Counted from the first letter of the stretch, positions 46,218 through 56,156 are shown. The stretch: 64,000 nt of DNA from Bacteroidia bacterium (GCA_039630325.1 JBCNVG010000028.1:16242-80241); one strand, 5' to 3'. A program made the numbers and translations. The notes: a model not told the origin generated them from the sequence alone.

Positions 46218-47249
46218 TTATGAAGGGAGGTCTTTTGGAGCGGTGAGGTGATGACTGAGTATCATTTCCACCTGTTCTATCACCTGTGCAGGCTGTATAA
46301 GGACCAGGCAGTGGCAGTTGGTCGGGCTACATTTGGAACAGGAGACCTCTGTGTAAAGCACACTTGCCGAGGCGGTCAGAGGGCGCCAGCGCCATGGACC
46401 CATCTCAGGTGTAGCTGGAAACAATCCGATACACGGAGTGTCTAACGCAGCTGCGATATGTAGCGGACCTGTACTTCCTGCAATCAGTAAAGCCGTCTGA
46501 GCTATTAGAGTGATAAGCTCATCCAGAGACAACTTCCCCGCTGTATCTAAGGAAGCCCCTTTTGGGAGGTTATCCGTTATAGCCTGGATGAAGGGCTTTT
46601 CATGAGGGCCGCCAGTGAAGATAAGTAAGGCATGCGGAAAACGGGCTATCAAAAGAAGAGCCAGGGACTGCCAATGTTTCCACAAGGGCGATCCGCCCGC
46701 AGATCCTACATGTAAGATAATAGGCAGCCTATCCGAATCCATCGCCTGAGCAATAAAAGCGGGCAAAGCTGCAATAGGCCTCAGCCGAGCTCTGTACGGG
46801 AGTACGTCCTGCCAGGTCATATTCTGAACTGCAGGACGAAGCTCAGACGGAAGTAGAGGAGCCAAGAGAGCGAGGTTTAGAGCCGCTTCATGCTTTCCGC
46901 TGAATCGTCGACTCACGGAGGGCCTATGGGTACAAGTAAGCCAGTGATACCATCGCCTACTCGTTCCTACTCGTCGGGGAATCTTAGCGCGCAGAGCCGC
47001 CCACGCGATACTATTTCTCGGAAAGACGTGGATAATGGCATCGTACCCTCTCAGAGTATCGATTTCGTGCGACCATATCACATATTGAAAAGGTGGATCG
47101 TGATGCGCAACCAGAGGGGCTGCGTAACTACTCACAAGGAAAATCGGCTCTATTTCGGGCAAATGGACCCGAATAAAATTTCCCATCGGCAGCGTAAGCA
47201 AGAGATCCCCTAATCTATCTGTTCGGCTTATCAGCCACCGCTGCTTCAC
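46218..47249 (-). CDS. glycosyltransferase family 9 (LPS heptosyltransferase-like)
   Basis: 343-aa ORF. The N-terminus LISRTDRLGDLLLTLP and the C-terminal GSTGPLHIAAAL are typical of GT9. GTG start at 47249. Confidence 0.8.
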   Translation of the reverse strand: MKQRWLISRTDRLGDLLLTLPMGNFIRVHLPEIEPIFLVSSYAAPLVAHHDPPFQYVIWSHEIDTLRGYDAIIHVFPRNSIAWAALRAKIPRRVGTSRRWYHWLTCTHRPSVSRRFSGKHEAALNLALLAPLLPSELRPAVQNMTWQDVLPYRARLRPIAALPAFIAQAMDSDRLPIILHVGSAGGSPLWKHWQSLALLLIARFPHALLIFTGGPHEKPFIQAITDNLPKGASLDTAGKLSLDELITLIAQTALLIAGSTGPLHIAAALDTPCIGLFPATPEMGPWRWRPLTASASVLYTEVSCSKCSPTNCHCLVLIQPAQVIEQVEMILSHHLTAPKDLPS

Positions 47250-47250
47250 C

Positions 47251-47284
47251 CAGCGAAGGTAGCGGAATTGACCTACCTTCGCTG
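47251..47284. promoter_or_regulatory. 11-bp perfect inverted repeat CAGCGAAGGTA-N12-TACCTTCGCTG forming mirror-image -7-like boxes for divergent GT9 and coaD
   Basis: Each arm reads TACCTTCG + 4 nt + GTG toward its gene (GTG 47249 on the minus strand, GTG 47286 on the plus strand). Confidence 0.5.
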
Positions 47285-47285
47285 T

Positions 47286-47786
47286 GTGAAACGTGCCCTA
47301 TTCCCAGGAAGCTTTGATCCAATCACTAATGGCCACATAGAGATTATTCGTCGAGGGTTGGCCTTATTTGATGAAATTGTAGTAGGTATCGGGCTCAATA
47401 CCAGCAAACAACCCATGTTTCCACCAGCTCAGCGCCTGAAATGGATAGAAGAGACATTTCGCGATGAGCCGCGCGTGCGAGTATGCACTTATACGGGACT
47501 TACTGTGCGCTTCGCTCGAGAGATAGAGGCTAAGTTTATTCTGCGCGGCCTGCGATCAGCTCCTGATTATGAGTACGAGCGAAATATCGACCTACTGAAT
47601 AAATATCTGGATGCCAGCATCGAGACTTTCTATCTGCTCAGTAGTCCCGAGACCTCATTTGTGTCTTCGACCTTAGTGCGAGAGGTGATACGGTTTCATG
47701 GGCATTTAGAGGGGCTGCTTCCCCCTCACATTATTGCTGATATTTACGCCACATACCCTGAAGGCCGGCCCGTAGGTAGCATATAA
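47286..47786 (+). CDS. coaD: phosphopantetheine adenylyltransferase
   Basis: From GTG 47286 the protein reads (M)KRALFPGSFDPITNGHIEIIRR, the canonical CoaD opening. The ORF track start TTG 47268 adds 6 atypical residues. Confidence 0.9.
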   Translation: MKRALFPGSFDPITNGHIEIIRRGLALFDEIVVGIGLNTSKQPMFPPAQRLKWIEETFRDEPRVRVCTYTGLTVRFAREIEAKFILRGLRSAPDYEYERNIDLLNKYLDASIETFYLLSSPETSFVSSTLVREVIRFHGHLEGLLPPHIIADIYATYPEGRPVGSI

Positions 47787-47788
47787 TC

Positions 47789-48541
47789 ATGCCTCGCCTT
47801 TCCATCATTACCGTCACTTATCAAGCTGCCCCGGTCTTACCAATCACGCTCAACAGTGTAGAATCCCAGAGCTGGGATGACTGGGAGCACATTTTCGTAG
47901 ATGGGGGCTCCACAGATCAAACCCTCGCTTTGATTCAGGACTATGCACAAAAGGTTTCTCGAGTGAGATGGATAAGCGAAAAGGACAGAGGTATTTATGA
48001 TGCCATGAACAAAGGGCTCAGGCTCGCCGAAGGGGAATATGTAACTTTTCTGAACGCAGGCGATGCTTTTTGGGAGAGAAACACGCTGGAAAAGCTCTTT
48101 ACAGGGGCCCCTGCTGGAGTACAAGTGCTATATGGCGACCATCGGTATGTGAATCTCAAAGGGGAGATTCTCCCTCGTCGCCGGCCCAGGCCCTACCCTC
48201 GGGGCAGTCTACGGCTATCCCACTTTCGTACAGGAATGGCTATTGCCCATCAAGGATTATTTGTACGACGGGAAATAGCCCCAGAATACGACCTAAGCTA
48301 CCCACTCGCAGCCGACTTGGACTGGGCTATCCATCTCATGAAACAGAATCCCTCTACCTATGATAGCGGCCAGGTGGTGATTCGCTATTTGGAAGGCGGA
48401 GTGTCTGCTCGTCGCCTGCGACGATACATCTGGGAGCGCACACGCATTTTGTATAAGCACTTCGGATGGGAAGCGGTTCTGGATAGTCTTTATGCCATGC
48501 TGCGCCATAAACTCCTCGGTGGCTACCCCTTCGTGGAATGA
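47789..48541 (+). CDS. glycosyltransferase family 2
   Basis: 250-aa ORF. LSIITVTYQA...FVDGGSTDQT...NAGD are classic GT2 (GT-A) motifs. Confidence 0.85.
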   Translation: MPRLSIITVTYQAAPVLPITLNSVESQSWDDWEHIFVDGGSTDQTLALIQDYAQKVSRVRWISEKDRGIYDAMNKGLRLAEGEYVTFLNAGDAFWERNTLEKLFTGAPAGVQVLYGDHRYVNLKGEILPRRRPRPYPRGSLRLSHFRTGMAIAHQGLFVRREIAPEYDLSYPLAADLDWAIHLMKQNPSTYDSGQVVIRYLEGGVSARRLRRYIWERTRILYKHFGWEAVLDSLYAMLRHKLLGGYPFVE

Positions 48542-49950
48542 AACCTTTCCAGCGCGACTTAGGCATCGTTTTACTTGCTAATCTCGTCTCCAAGCCGATT
48601 TGGCTCATTGCCGACAACCTTGCCCAAAATCAAATAGGACACGAAGCATACGGACTAATCGCCGCCCTGCTAGGTATCGGTCAGTGGGCTATTGCCATCG
48701 CAGACTGGGGCCTCTATGCCCTGGTCACTCGGGAAATGGCCCGAGGGATGGAACAATATCGTCACCTTAGCAGCGTAACCCTCTCGCTCAAACTTATCCT
48801 CACCCTGCTAGCTGGGGGAATTTTCATTGGACTGGGGTGGCTGCTAGGCTATCGCGGAAAAGCCTTTATCTGGCTCGTAGCACTTATCGCTTATCAACTA
48901 GCCCTGAGCTACCTTCAATACTTTAGGGCGTATTTTCAAGGGGCGCAGCAGTTTCGTATAGATGCTTTATTTTCTGCGGCTGAAAAGCTTCTCGTACTTC
49001 TCCTTTTAGGGGCTACCTGGCATATGCTAAGCGGAGATCTGTATGTAGGGATTCTCCTCGTAGCTGGCGGAGGCACGGCTCTGCTCTCTGGATTAGCCGT
49101 GTGGCGAGCTTATGGCAGCCCTTCGCTTTCCTCCAAGGGCTCTGCGTTATGGGCTACTTTCAGACAAATGACTCCCTTTGCCCTGATGGGCTACGCCACC
49201 GCTATCAACGAACGGCTTAATCAAATACTTTTAGAGCGCTGGATAAGCCCCTATGCTAATGGACTCTACTGGGGCGCATATCGGTGGTTCTCCGCAGCAA
49301 TGATGTATTTATGGATCACGCTGCCCCTATTTTTCGCTCGCTTCGCCAAACTCGGACGCCGGCGTACCCCCGAACTCTGGAAAACTTTCATCTGGGGGCA
49401 GCTCGTCAGTAGCCTACCTCTCATAGGGGTAGCTGGCGTGTTTATCGGAGCGCCAGAGGCTTTTCTCTGGCTTTTTACCCGCAGCTCGGCGGAGGAACTT
49501 ACTCACATGAGCCACATCCTTCAATCCTTAGCCTTTGCGCTCACTCTGAATGGCCTTACCGCTATTTACAGCACCTATCTGACGGCTGTGGGATACGAAT
49601 GGATAGCCTTTTGGCTAATGGTGGGGGCCAGCATGCTAAACTTTATCTCTTGCTTATTCCTAATCCCTTGGGGAGCGGGCATAGGCGCAGGAATCGCGCT
49701 CGGCATCAGCTATGCCTTTCACGGCGCTGGATTCGTATGGATCTTCCAAAAAGTCGCTCCTATACCGGCCCCATTATCCCTTCTGCTCAAGCTTGGGCTC
49801 CTCGCTATCTTACATGGCGCCACAGTCTTCTTTGCCAGGCAAATGGGCGGTTTCTGGCCAGCCCTCCTAACCGCTGGCATCGGTATCCTGCTCTGGGGGT
49901 GGATTTTGGGGCTTCTCAGACCATTGAAATATGCGATTCGCCATAGATAG
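48538..49950 (+). CDS. Wzx-like polysaccharide/oligosaccharide flippase (MOP superfamily)
   Basis: 470-aa ORF with about 12-14 TM segments. ATGA overlap with the upstream GT2 gene. Sits within a glycan cluster. Confidence 0.7.
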   Translation: MKPFQRDLGIVLLANLVSKPIWLIADNLAQNQIGHEAYGLIAALLGIGQWAIAIADWGLYALVTREMARGMEQYRHLSSVTLSLKLILTLLAGGIFIGLGWLLGYRGKAFIWLVALIAYQLALSYLQYFRAYFQGAQQFRIDALFSAAEKLLVLLLLGATWHMLSGDLYVGILLVAGGGTALLSGLAVWRAYGSPSLSSKGSALWATFRQMTPFALMGYATAINERLNQILLERWISPYANGLYWGAYRWFSAAMMYLWITLPLFFARFAKLGRRRTPELWKTFIWGQLVSSLPLIGVAGVFIGAPEAFLWLFTRSSAEELTHMSHILQSLAFALTLNGLTAIYSTYLTAVGYEWIAFWLMVGASMLNFISCLFLIPWGAGIGAGIALGISYAFHGAGFVWIFQKVAPIPAPLSLLLKLGLLAILHGATVFFARQMGGFWPALLTAGIGILLWGWILGLLRPLKYAIRHR

Positions 49951-51067
49951 CCGCTTTCTTTTGCCTCACTTAGAGGGGTTAGGACGGTTTACCCGTGAGA
50001 TAGCCTCTCGACTAATCCGACAGCACCCTGAAGTGGGATGGGATCTCCTTTTCGACCGAAAGCCCCTCCCTAAATATACCTTCGGTCCCGCCCAGAGAAA
50101 CGTAGTCATACCCCCGCCAACTCGGCACTGGACTTTATACGAGGTGTGGTGGCGCCTCTCCATGCCCTATTTGTATCTTCGAAAAGAGTGGCCCGCAGCT
50201 CTATTAGCGACGTATGGGATCGTCTCTGAGAGGGTGGCTAAAAAAGTCCCCACCGTAGCTTTTATCCACGATGTGGCTTTTGCTCGGCATCCAGAGTTCC
50301 TGCCCAGAGACTGGCAAGCATATTATATGAGAGCGTTTCGCGTATCCATTCGCCTTTCTCATCACCTTATCGCCAATAGCCTCTCTGTTCGAGACGATTT
50401 GATAGAGCTTTTTGGCGTTTCTCCGAATCGCATTCAGATAAGTTATAGTGGGTGTGACATACAGTTTTTTCGCCCCTTAGTCGATTTGGATAAAAGAGAA
50501 ATCCAGAAAAGGTACGCTCAGGGGCACCCGTACCTTCTCTACATAGGGAGCATTCATCCGCGTAAAAATCCTGAACGACTTCTACAGGCTTACGATCAGC
50601 TAAGACAAATCTATGATGCGCCTCTACGCCTCCTCATGGTAGGGAGGTTTATGTTTAGAAGGATGGTTGCTCTGCGCTCGCACGAAAAAATGAAATACCG
50701 AAACGAAGTGATTTTCCACCCCCCCGTTTCAGATGAAGAGCTACTTCGGCTTTACAATGCAGCTGAAGCAGTGGTTTATCCGTCCCTATACGAGGGGTTT
50801 GGATCGCCAGTAGCAGAAGGATTAGCCTGCGGGGTACCAGTGGTAACCAGCCGCATAAGTTCTCTTCCAGAAACCGGAGGAGAGGCTGCTTTTTACGCAG
50901 ACCCCTATGATCCTTCTTCCATCGCTGAGGCGATCTACCAAGCCCTCACCCAATCCCCTGAGGAGAAAAATCGTCGCAGACAACTCGGTTTAGAGCATGT
51001 AAAGCGCTTTTCCTGGGAGGCTACCGTGCAGGTTATCTGGGAAAGCCTAAAAGCCGTAGCTACCTAA
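49931..51067 (+). CDS. glycosyltransferase family 4 (GT-B, GT1 clan)
   Basis: 378-aa ORF with the C-terminal signature PSLYEGFGSPVAEGLACGVPVVTS. Confidence 0.85.
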   Translation: MRFAIDSRFLLPHLEGLGRFTREIASRLIRQHPEVGWDLLFDRKPLPKYTFGPAQRNVVIPPPTRHWTLYEVWWRLSMPYLYLRKEWPAALLATYGIVSERVAKKVPTVAFIHDVAFARHPEFLPRDWQAYYMRAFRVSIRLSHHLIANSLSVRDDLIELFGVSPNRIQISYSGCDIQFFRPLVDLDKREIQKRYAQGHPYLLYIGSIHPRKNPERLLQAYDQLRQIYDAPLRLLMVGRFMFRRMVALRSHEKMKYRNEVIFHPPVSDEELLRLYNAAEAVVYPSLYEGFGSPVAEGLACGVPVVTSRISSLPETGGEAAFYADPYDPSSIAEAIYQALTQSPEEKNRRRQLGLEHVKRFSWEATVQVIWESLKAVAT

Positions 51068-51077
51068 CTTTGAAGAG

Positions 51078-52271
51078 GTGGATTGGCAAGAGACTTACGA
51101 ACGATATACCGCCGCTCTCCGTACGATGCCTCGCCCATTAGCTCTGGTAGATGAAGAAGCGCTGTATGAAAATGCTCAGCGGGTTCTCTCCTACGCAGGT
51201 ACCCTCCCGATTCGGGTAGCTACCAAGTCTATTCGGTGCGTCAGCATCCTTCGGCGGATTTTTTCATATAGCCAACGCTTCCAAGGCCTTCTATGCATGA
51301 GTGCACGCGAGAGCCTGTATCTGGCCAGAGAAGGATTTGATGACTTCCTGATTGGATATCCTTTTTACCAGCAGGCGGAGGTAGAAGCTTTTCGAACCCT
51401 CTTAGAGTCAGGGAAAAAGGCCATAGCCATCGTAGATAGCCCTGCCCATGTAGAAGTGCTTCAAAAAGCCTTAGAGGGCACTAACCTCCGCGCAAGCGTG
51501 TGTATGGAGGTAGATGTCTCCTCAGACTGGAAGGTTTTGTATTTCGGCGTGAGACGCTCCCCCATCAAAACAGCAGAAAAAGCGGTGGAGTTGGCCCGTT
51601 TCATCCAGAAGCAGAGTCACTTAGAGCTGATAGGACTCATGGCTTATGAAGCCCAAATCGCTGGCGTAGGGGAACGCCAAGTAGGATGGAAGGGGCCTGT
51701 CATACGCTCTCTGAAAGCTTTGTCATGGAAAGAGGTGCGGCGCCGCCGACAAGAGACAGTAGAAGCCCTCCGAGCCGCCGGGATTTCCCTCCGCTTGATA
51801 AATGGAGGCGGCACTGGCAGCCTCTCAGAAACTAAGACGGATCCCATTATCACCGAAGTAACCGCTGGCTCTGCCTTCTTTGCGCCAGCTCTATTTGACC
51901 ACTACCAGAAGGTGCAGTTTGTGCCTGCCGCTGGCTTTAGTATAGAAATCGTTCGTCAGCCCGCAAGGGAAATATTCACTTGCCATGGAGGAGGGTATAT
52001 TGCATCCGGAGCCATAGGGCCAGAGAAACTACCGCGCCCTTGGCTTCCGCCCACCGCTCGCTTCCTATCCCATGAAGGAGCAGGCGAAATCCAGACGCCT
52101 GTTTATATCCCGAATCCGCCTCCCTTCCTGCGCGTTGGAGCCCCTTTGTACTTTCGTCACGCCAAAGCAGGGGAGCTGACCCAGCGATTTCCCCAACTTC
52201 ATATCATTCAGGGGGAAAATCTGGTAGAGCGAGCCCTAACTTATGGTAGTCTCCCCGAGGTGTGGGTATGA
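51078..52271 (+). CDS. fold-type III PLP enzyme (alanine racemase N-terminal domain; D-serine dehydratase / D-threonine aldolase-like, COG3616-like)
   Basis: 397-aa ORF. The putative PLP-lysine context is IRVATKSIRC, and ELIGLMAYEAQIAG is typical of this family. GTG start at 51078, with a TAACTTTG box 5 nt upstream. Confidence 0.65.
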   Translation: MDWQETYERYTAALRTMPRPLALVDEEALYENAQRVLSYAGTLPIRVATKSIRCVSILRRIFSYSQRFQGLLCMSARESLYLAREGFDDFLIGYPFYQQAEVEAFRTLLESGKKAIAIVDSPAHVEVLQKALEGTNLRASVCMEVDVSSDWKVLYFGVRRSPIKTAEKAVELARFIQKQSHLELIGLMAYEAQIAGVGERQVGWKGPVIRSLKALSWKEVRRRRQETVEALRAAGISLRLINGGGTGSLSETKTDPIITEVTAGSAFFAPALFDHYQKVQFVPAAGFSIEIVRQPAREIFTCHGGGYIASGAIGPEKLPRPWLPPTARFLSHEGAGEIQTPVYIPNPPPFLRVGAPLYFRHAKAGELTQRFPQLHIIQGENLVERALTYGSLPEVWV

Positions 52272-53623
52272 AGCGCCTGGATAAATATGTCCTTCAAAGC
52301 TTTTTAGGTCCCTTCGCTGCAAGCTTTAGCACCACCTTAGTTGTGCTGGTCATTCAGTTTCTCTCCCGGTATCAGGAAGATATTTTGGGCAAAGGATTTC
52401 CCGTAGCAGTCTTGGTAGAGCTTTTCGGGTATGCCTCAGCCTCGCTAATCCTTCTAGCGCTTCCCATGGGTCTCCTCATGGCAGGCCTCATGACAATGGG
52501 CAACCTCGGAGAACGCTTAGAACTAACGGCTCTCCTAAGTGCGGGGGTACCTTTCTCCAGAGTATTATTACCGCTACTGATTAGTGGAATGCTGGCGCTT
52601 ATTTTCTCAACCTGGTTATCCTGGTACCTTATTCCTCGCGCCAACCTCAAACTGTATACCCTTCTATACGACATGGAGCACGCCAAGCCCGCCCTCGCCC
52701 TAAAACCTGGCTTCTTCAACCGCTGGATAGACGGCTATGCTATCCGAGTAGGAAGCGTGGCCAAAGAACGCTACCTCTCGGACGTACTCATCTACGAATA
52801 TGCTCCGGATGGCAGCATCCAGCGCACTATCATCGCCGATTCTGGGGAGTTTTTCACGGATAAAGAGTGGCTCCTTCTGCGCTTTACGCTTTACGGAGGA
52901 TGCCAATATGAGACGATTATCAGATCTCAACAGCCGCCTGCTTGGAGCCGAAGCTGCTTTGACACGATGGAACTGAGACTGGATATATCGGGATTAGGCC
53001 TCCATCGCTCAGACGAAAAGCTATTTGCAGGGCATCAATACATGTTAGAGATAGGACAGCTGCGGAAAGCTGTCGATAGCCTCGATCAGATTCGTCGCAG
53101 CCTCTCAGAAGAGATCTACCAATCGCTGAAAAATACTCTCCCTCCCCCAAAGGAGGGCGACACAGTCCTGCCAGCTCAGCCTCCTAAGCTAACGGCTGTA
53201 GAGGCCGAGAATCTCCTTCGGCGAGACAGAAGCCTGGCTGAGTACTATGTTCAACGATTGCGACAAGTTCATGAAACTTACTGGCGCTATGAGCTAGAGT
53301 GGTGGTACAAGTTTGCCTATCCGCTGGCGACGGTGGTATTCCTGATTCTGGGGGCTACCCTCGGAGGCGTAATCCGAAAGGGCGGATTAGGAATGCCCCT
53401 GGTCGTCTCTACGGCTCTCTTTATTCTATTTTACGTACTAAATGCCCAAGGGAAAAAACTCGCCAGAGAAGGCATTATAGCCCCCTGGATAGGGGCATTT
53501 CTACCTCTTGTGATTATCGCTCCTGTGGCCTTGTATTTACTGCTACTGGTTACTACTGAGGCGGAGTGGTTATACCTGGAGTTCTGGCGCAAAAAGTATC
53601 ACCGATGGCGCGCTTCCTCGTGA
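52268..53623 (+). CDS. LptF/LptG-family LPS export permease (YjgP/YjgQ)
   Basis: The protein opens MKRLDKYVLQSFLGPFAASF, with 3 N-terminal and 3 C-terminal TM segments around a periplasmic beta-jellyroll-sized insert. The ATG overlaps the upstream stop (ATGA). Confidence 0.8.
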   Translation: MKRLDKYVLQSFLGPFAASFSTTLVVLVIQFLSRYQEDILGKGFPVAVLVELFGYASASLILLALPMGLLMAGLMTMGNLGERLELTALLSAGVPFSRVLLPLLISGMLALIFSTWLSWYLIPRANLKLYTLLYDMEHAKPALALKPGFFNRWIDGYAIRVGSVAKERYLSDVLIYEYAPDGSIQRTIIADSGEFFTDKEWLLLRFTLYGGCQYETIIRSQQPPAWSRSCFDTMELRLDISGLGLHRSDEKLFAGHQYMLEIGQLRKAVDSLDQIRRSLSEEIYQSLKNTLPPPKEGDTVLPAQPPKLTAVEAENLLRRDRSLAEYYVQRLRQVHETYWRYELEWWYKFAYPLATVVFLILGATLGGVIRKGGLGMPLVVSTALFILFYVLNAQGKKLAREGIIAPWIGAFLPLVIIAPVALYLLLLVTTEAEWLYLEFWRKKYHRWRASS

Positions 53624-54549
53624 TCCAAACTGCCTTCTTAGGAGATGCCGTACTGACGCTCCCTTTGATAGGACGATTACGGCTGGGATTTCCCGAAGCA
53701 GAAATCCACTGGATCGTGCGCAAAGGCATAGAAGAGCTATTTCAATCCCATCCCTGGGAGTTCCACCTCTGGCCATGGGATAAAAGCTGGAGCGGCTGGC
53801 GACAGCTATACCAACTCCTCAGCGATAAACGATGGGAGGCTATAATTGTCGTCCAGCGATTCTTTCGCATGGGGCTACTGGGCCTGAGCCTTCCAGCCCA
53901 AGTGCGGATTACGTATGATAAAAATCCCCTCAGTCTATTTTATACCTACCGGGTGTCGCATCGATTCGGTGCGGATTTGCACGAAGTTGAGCGGGTATTA
54001 GCTCTCTTGACTCCCTTAGGATTGTCTCCTGATAAGCCGCCTCTTCCTTGGCTTTTCCCCCCAGATACCAGCCGAGCCAATGGACCCTATATTGTGGTTT
54101 CGCCTACTTCACGCTGGCCTACCAAGGAAGCCCCTCTAAGGGTTTGGATGGACTTCCTTCGACGACTGCCCTCCTCAGTCAAAGTCTACCTCACTGGGCT
54201 GGAAGGGGATAGAGAGCGTTTAGCCCCCCTTACTGCTTGCCATCCCCGCGTAGAAAATCTGGCAGGCCGCCTCTCCCTCCCAGAGCTGGCAGCTTTAGTG
54301 AGAGGCGCTGAGCGAGTCTATACCGTAGATAGTGCGCTGACCCACATCGCCTCAGCCCTCAATGTGCCGACGACAACGATATTTTGCTCTACGGTGCCAG
54401 ACTTTGGGTTTGGTCCTCTGGCGGACAAAAGTCAAATTATTCAAAGAGAAGGGCATTTAGCCTGCCGACCCTGCGGCATACACGGAAAAATCTCCTGTCC
54501 TCAAGGGCACTTTAGATGCGGAGAAGAGTTACCGCCCATTCCCGTTTAG
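53605..54549 (+). CDS. glycosyltransferase family 9 (heptosyltransferase-like)
   Basis: From ATG 53605 the protein reads MARFLVIQTAFLGDAVLTLPL, a typical GT9 opening. DSALTHIASAL lies near the C-terminus. Confidence 0.8.
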   Translation: MARFLVIQTAFLGDAVLTLPLIGRLRLGFPEAEIHWIVRKGIEELFQSHPWEFHLWPWDKSWSGWRQLYQLLSDKRWEAIIVVQRFFRMGLLGLSLPAQVRITYDKNPLSLFYTYRVSHRFGADLHEVERVLALLTPLGLSPDKPPLPWLFPPDTSRANGPYIVVSPTSRWPTKEAPLRVWMDFLRRLPSSVKVYLTGLEGDRERLAPLTACHPRVENLAGRLSLPELAALVRGAERVYTVDSALTHIASALNVPTTTIFCSTVPDFGFGPLADKSQIIQREGHLACRPCGIHGKISCPQGHFRCGEELPPIPV

Positions 54550-54554
54550 AACCC

Positions 54555-56033
54555 CTATTCTGCCTTTCGCTCAGCTTCTCCATCACCCACCGAGAGTAAT
54601 AGCTCAGCCCGCTGCTCCTCTGCCAGGGCTTCTTCAACCAGTGGAGTCGGCAAAGGCTGATCCACCGAGACCCCCCGAGATACAAGCTTATGAGCCGTCG
54701 CTATGACATTGTCTCTGCCATAGACGAGATATTTCCTGGCGGTCTCATAACTTTCTCTGGCTCGCTCTAAGTTTTTCCCCACTTTTTCTAACTCTTCCAC
54801 AAAGCGTCGAAGCTTATCTAACATCTTTCCGGCAAGCTCCGCTATTTCCTCTGCGTGGCGATTACGCTTTTCAATCTGCCAAAGTTGCTCAATCAAGCCT
54901 ATAAATCCCGCTAATATGAGAGGCCCTGCTAATATCACTCGCGCTTTTCGAGCTTCTTCTATCAACTCGACCCGAGCTTGTAGCGCCAGTTGAAGAGCTC
55001 CTTCTATGGGACAAAATAATATAGTCCAGCCGATATGCGGAACCTTCACCTTTTGATATTTTGCGAGTTCGCGAACATGGTTAGTTATCGAATCAGCCAA
55101 AGCTTCTTGATACTTTTTTTGCTCCTCTGGCGTACTTGCTTCAAAATATTTATCGTATGCCGTCAAGGAGACTTTGGCATCGATAAAAATATGCCGATTG
55201 TCTGGGAGTCGAAATGCTATATCTGGACGGAATAACTCTTTCCCCTCCCCGGGAAAAGAGGTTTGGGTCAGAAAATGCTTTCCCTCTTCAAAGCCTGCCA
55301 ACTCTAAGAGCTCTCGCAGACGCTCCTCTCCCCAGCGGCCTTGCACTCGAATATTTCCCCGTAGAGCTCGGGTAAGGTTTTCCGTTTGCTCACTTAGCTT
55401 TTGGCTACCTTGAAGAATCCTATCTATGAAGCCTTTGAGGTTTTCAATACTCTCTCGCTGCCTACTATTGTACTCCGCCACTCCTTTTTGAAGATTCTCT
55501 AACTGTTCTCGAAAAGGCTGAAGCAAACTACTCAAGCTCTCCTGGCTGCGAGCGTGGAGCGACTGGGTTCCCTCCTGTACAATCCTTTGCATAAGATTTT
55601 CGAAGAGGATCTCCATTTGTTTGACTTGAGTATCTCGCCATTCCAGATTTTTCTGAGCTTGCTCTACCTGGACTTGTAAACTGGATATTTCTGCAATGGC
55701 TTTATCATGCGCCTCTCGGAGCAGATGGAGGTCCTCATGAGTTTTTTCAAGGAGACGGTCTTTTTCACGGAGCTGAGCCCCCAAGCCTTCTAACTCACCC
55801 TGGAGACGAGCTTTCTCTTCTGCATAGCGACGCAGCTCTGCTTGGAAGTGCTCTAAACTTTGAGCCAACTGGCGACTCTCTGATTGAAGCCTTTCCTGAT
55901 CCCTCATAAGCTGCTGTACGATAAGCTCGCGCTCATGCAACTCTATACGAATACGGCTCAACCATACCCAGAAGCCAAGCGCAGATAGGGCAGCCCCCAG
56001 TAGAAAGGGCACAATCCAAGCAGAGATGTCCAT
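54555..56033 (-). CDS. rmuC: DNA recombination protein RmuC
   Basis: 492-aa ORF with an N-terminal TM segment, a long coiled coil, then an RmuC nuclease-like core (RPDIAFRLPDNRHIFIDAKVSLTAY). A TAACTTTG box lies 5 nt upstream. Confidence 0.85.
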   Translation of the reverse strand: MDISAWIVPFLLGAALSALGFWVWLSRIRIELHERELIVQQLMRDQERLQSESRQLAQSLEHFQAELRRYAEEKARLQGELEGLGAQLREKDRLLEKTHEDLHLLREAHDKAIAEISSLQVQVEQAQKNLEWRDTQVKQMEILFENLMQRIVQEGTQSLHARSQESLSSLLQPFREQLENLQKGVAEYNSRQRESIENLKGFIDRILQGSQKLSEQTENLTRALRGNIRVQGRWGEERLRELLELAGFEEGKHFLTQTSFPGEGKELFRPDIAFRLPDNRHIFIDAKVSLTAYDKYFEASTPEEQKKYQEALADSITNHVRELAKYQKVKVPHIGWTILFCPIEGALQLALQARVELIEEARKARVILAGPLILAGFIGLIEQLWQIEKRNRHAEEIAELAGKMLDKLRRFVEELEKVGKNLERARESYETARKYLVYGRDNVIATAHKLVSRGVSVDQPLPTPLVEEALAEEQRAELLLSVGDGEAERKAE

Positions 56034-56118
56034 TCTTACAAAGTTAGTAGCAGCTGTTTTAGGAAGAAAAAACTACCCTCCGACTTGGGGGCCTTTTCTG
56101 CGTCCGCAGAGGTCTGGA

Positions 56119-56148
56119 TTTGCAGGTAAGGAATTCTCCGTATATTTG
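56119..56148 (+). promoter_or_regulatory. putative tRNA-Gln/prs promoter (-33 TTTG, 18-nt spacer, -7 TATATTTG)
   Basis: TTTG at 56119..56122 and TATATTTG at 56141..56148. The box ends 8 nt before the mature tRNA 5' end at 56157. Confidence 0.55.
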
Positions 56149-56156
56149 CCCTGCCT

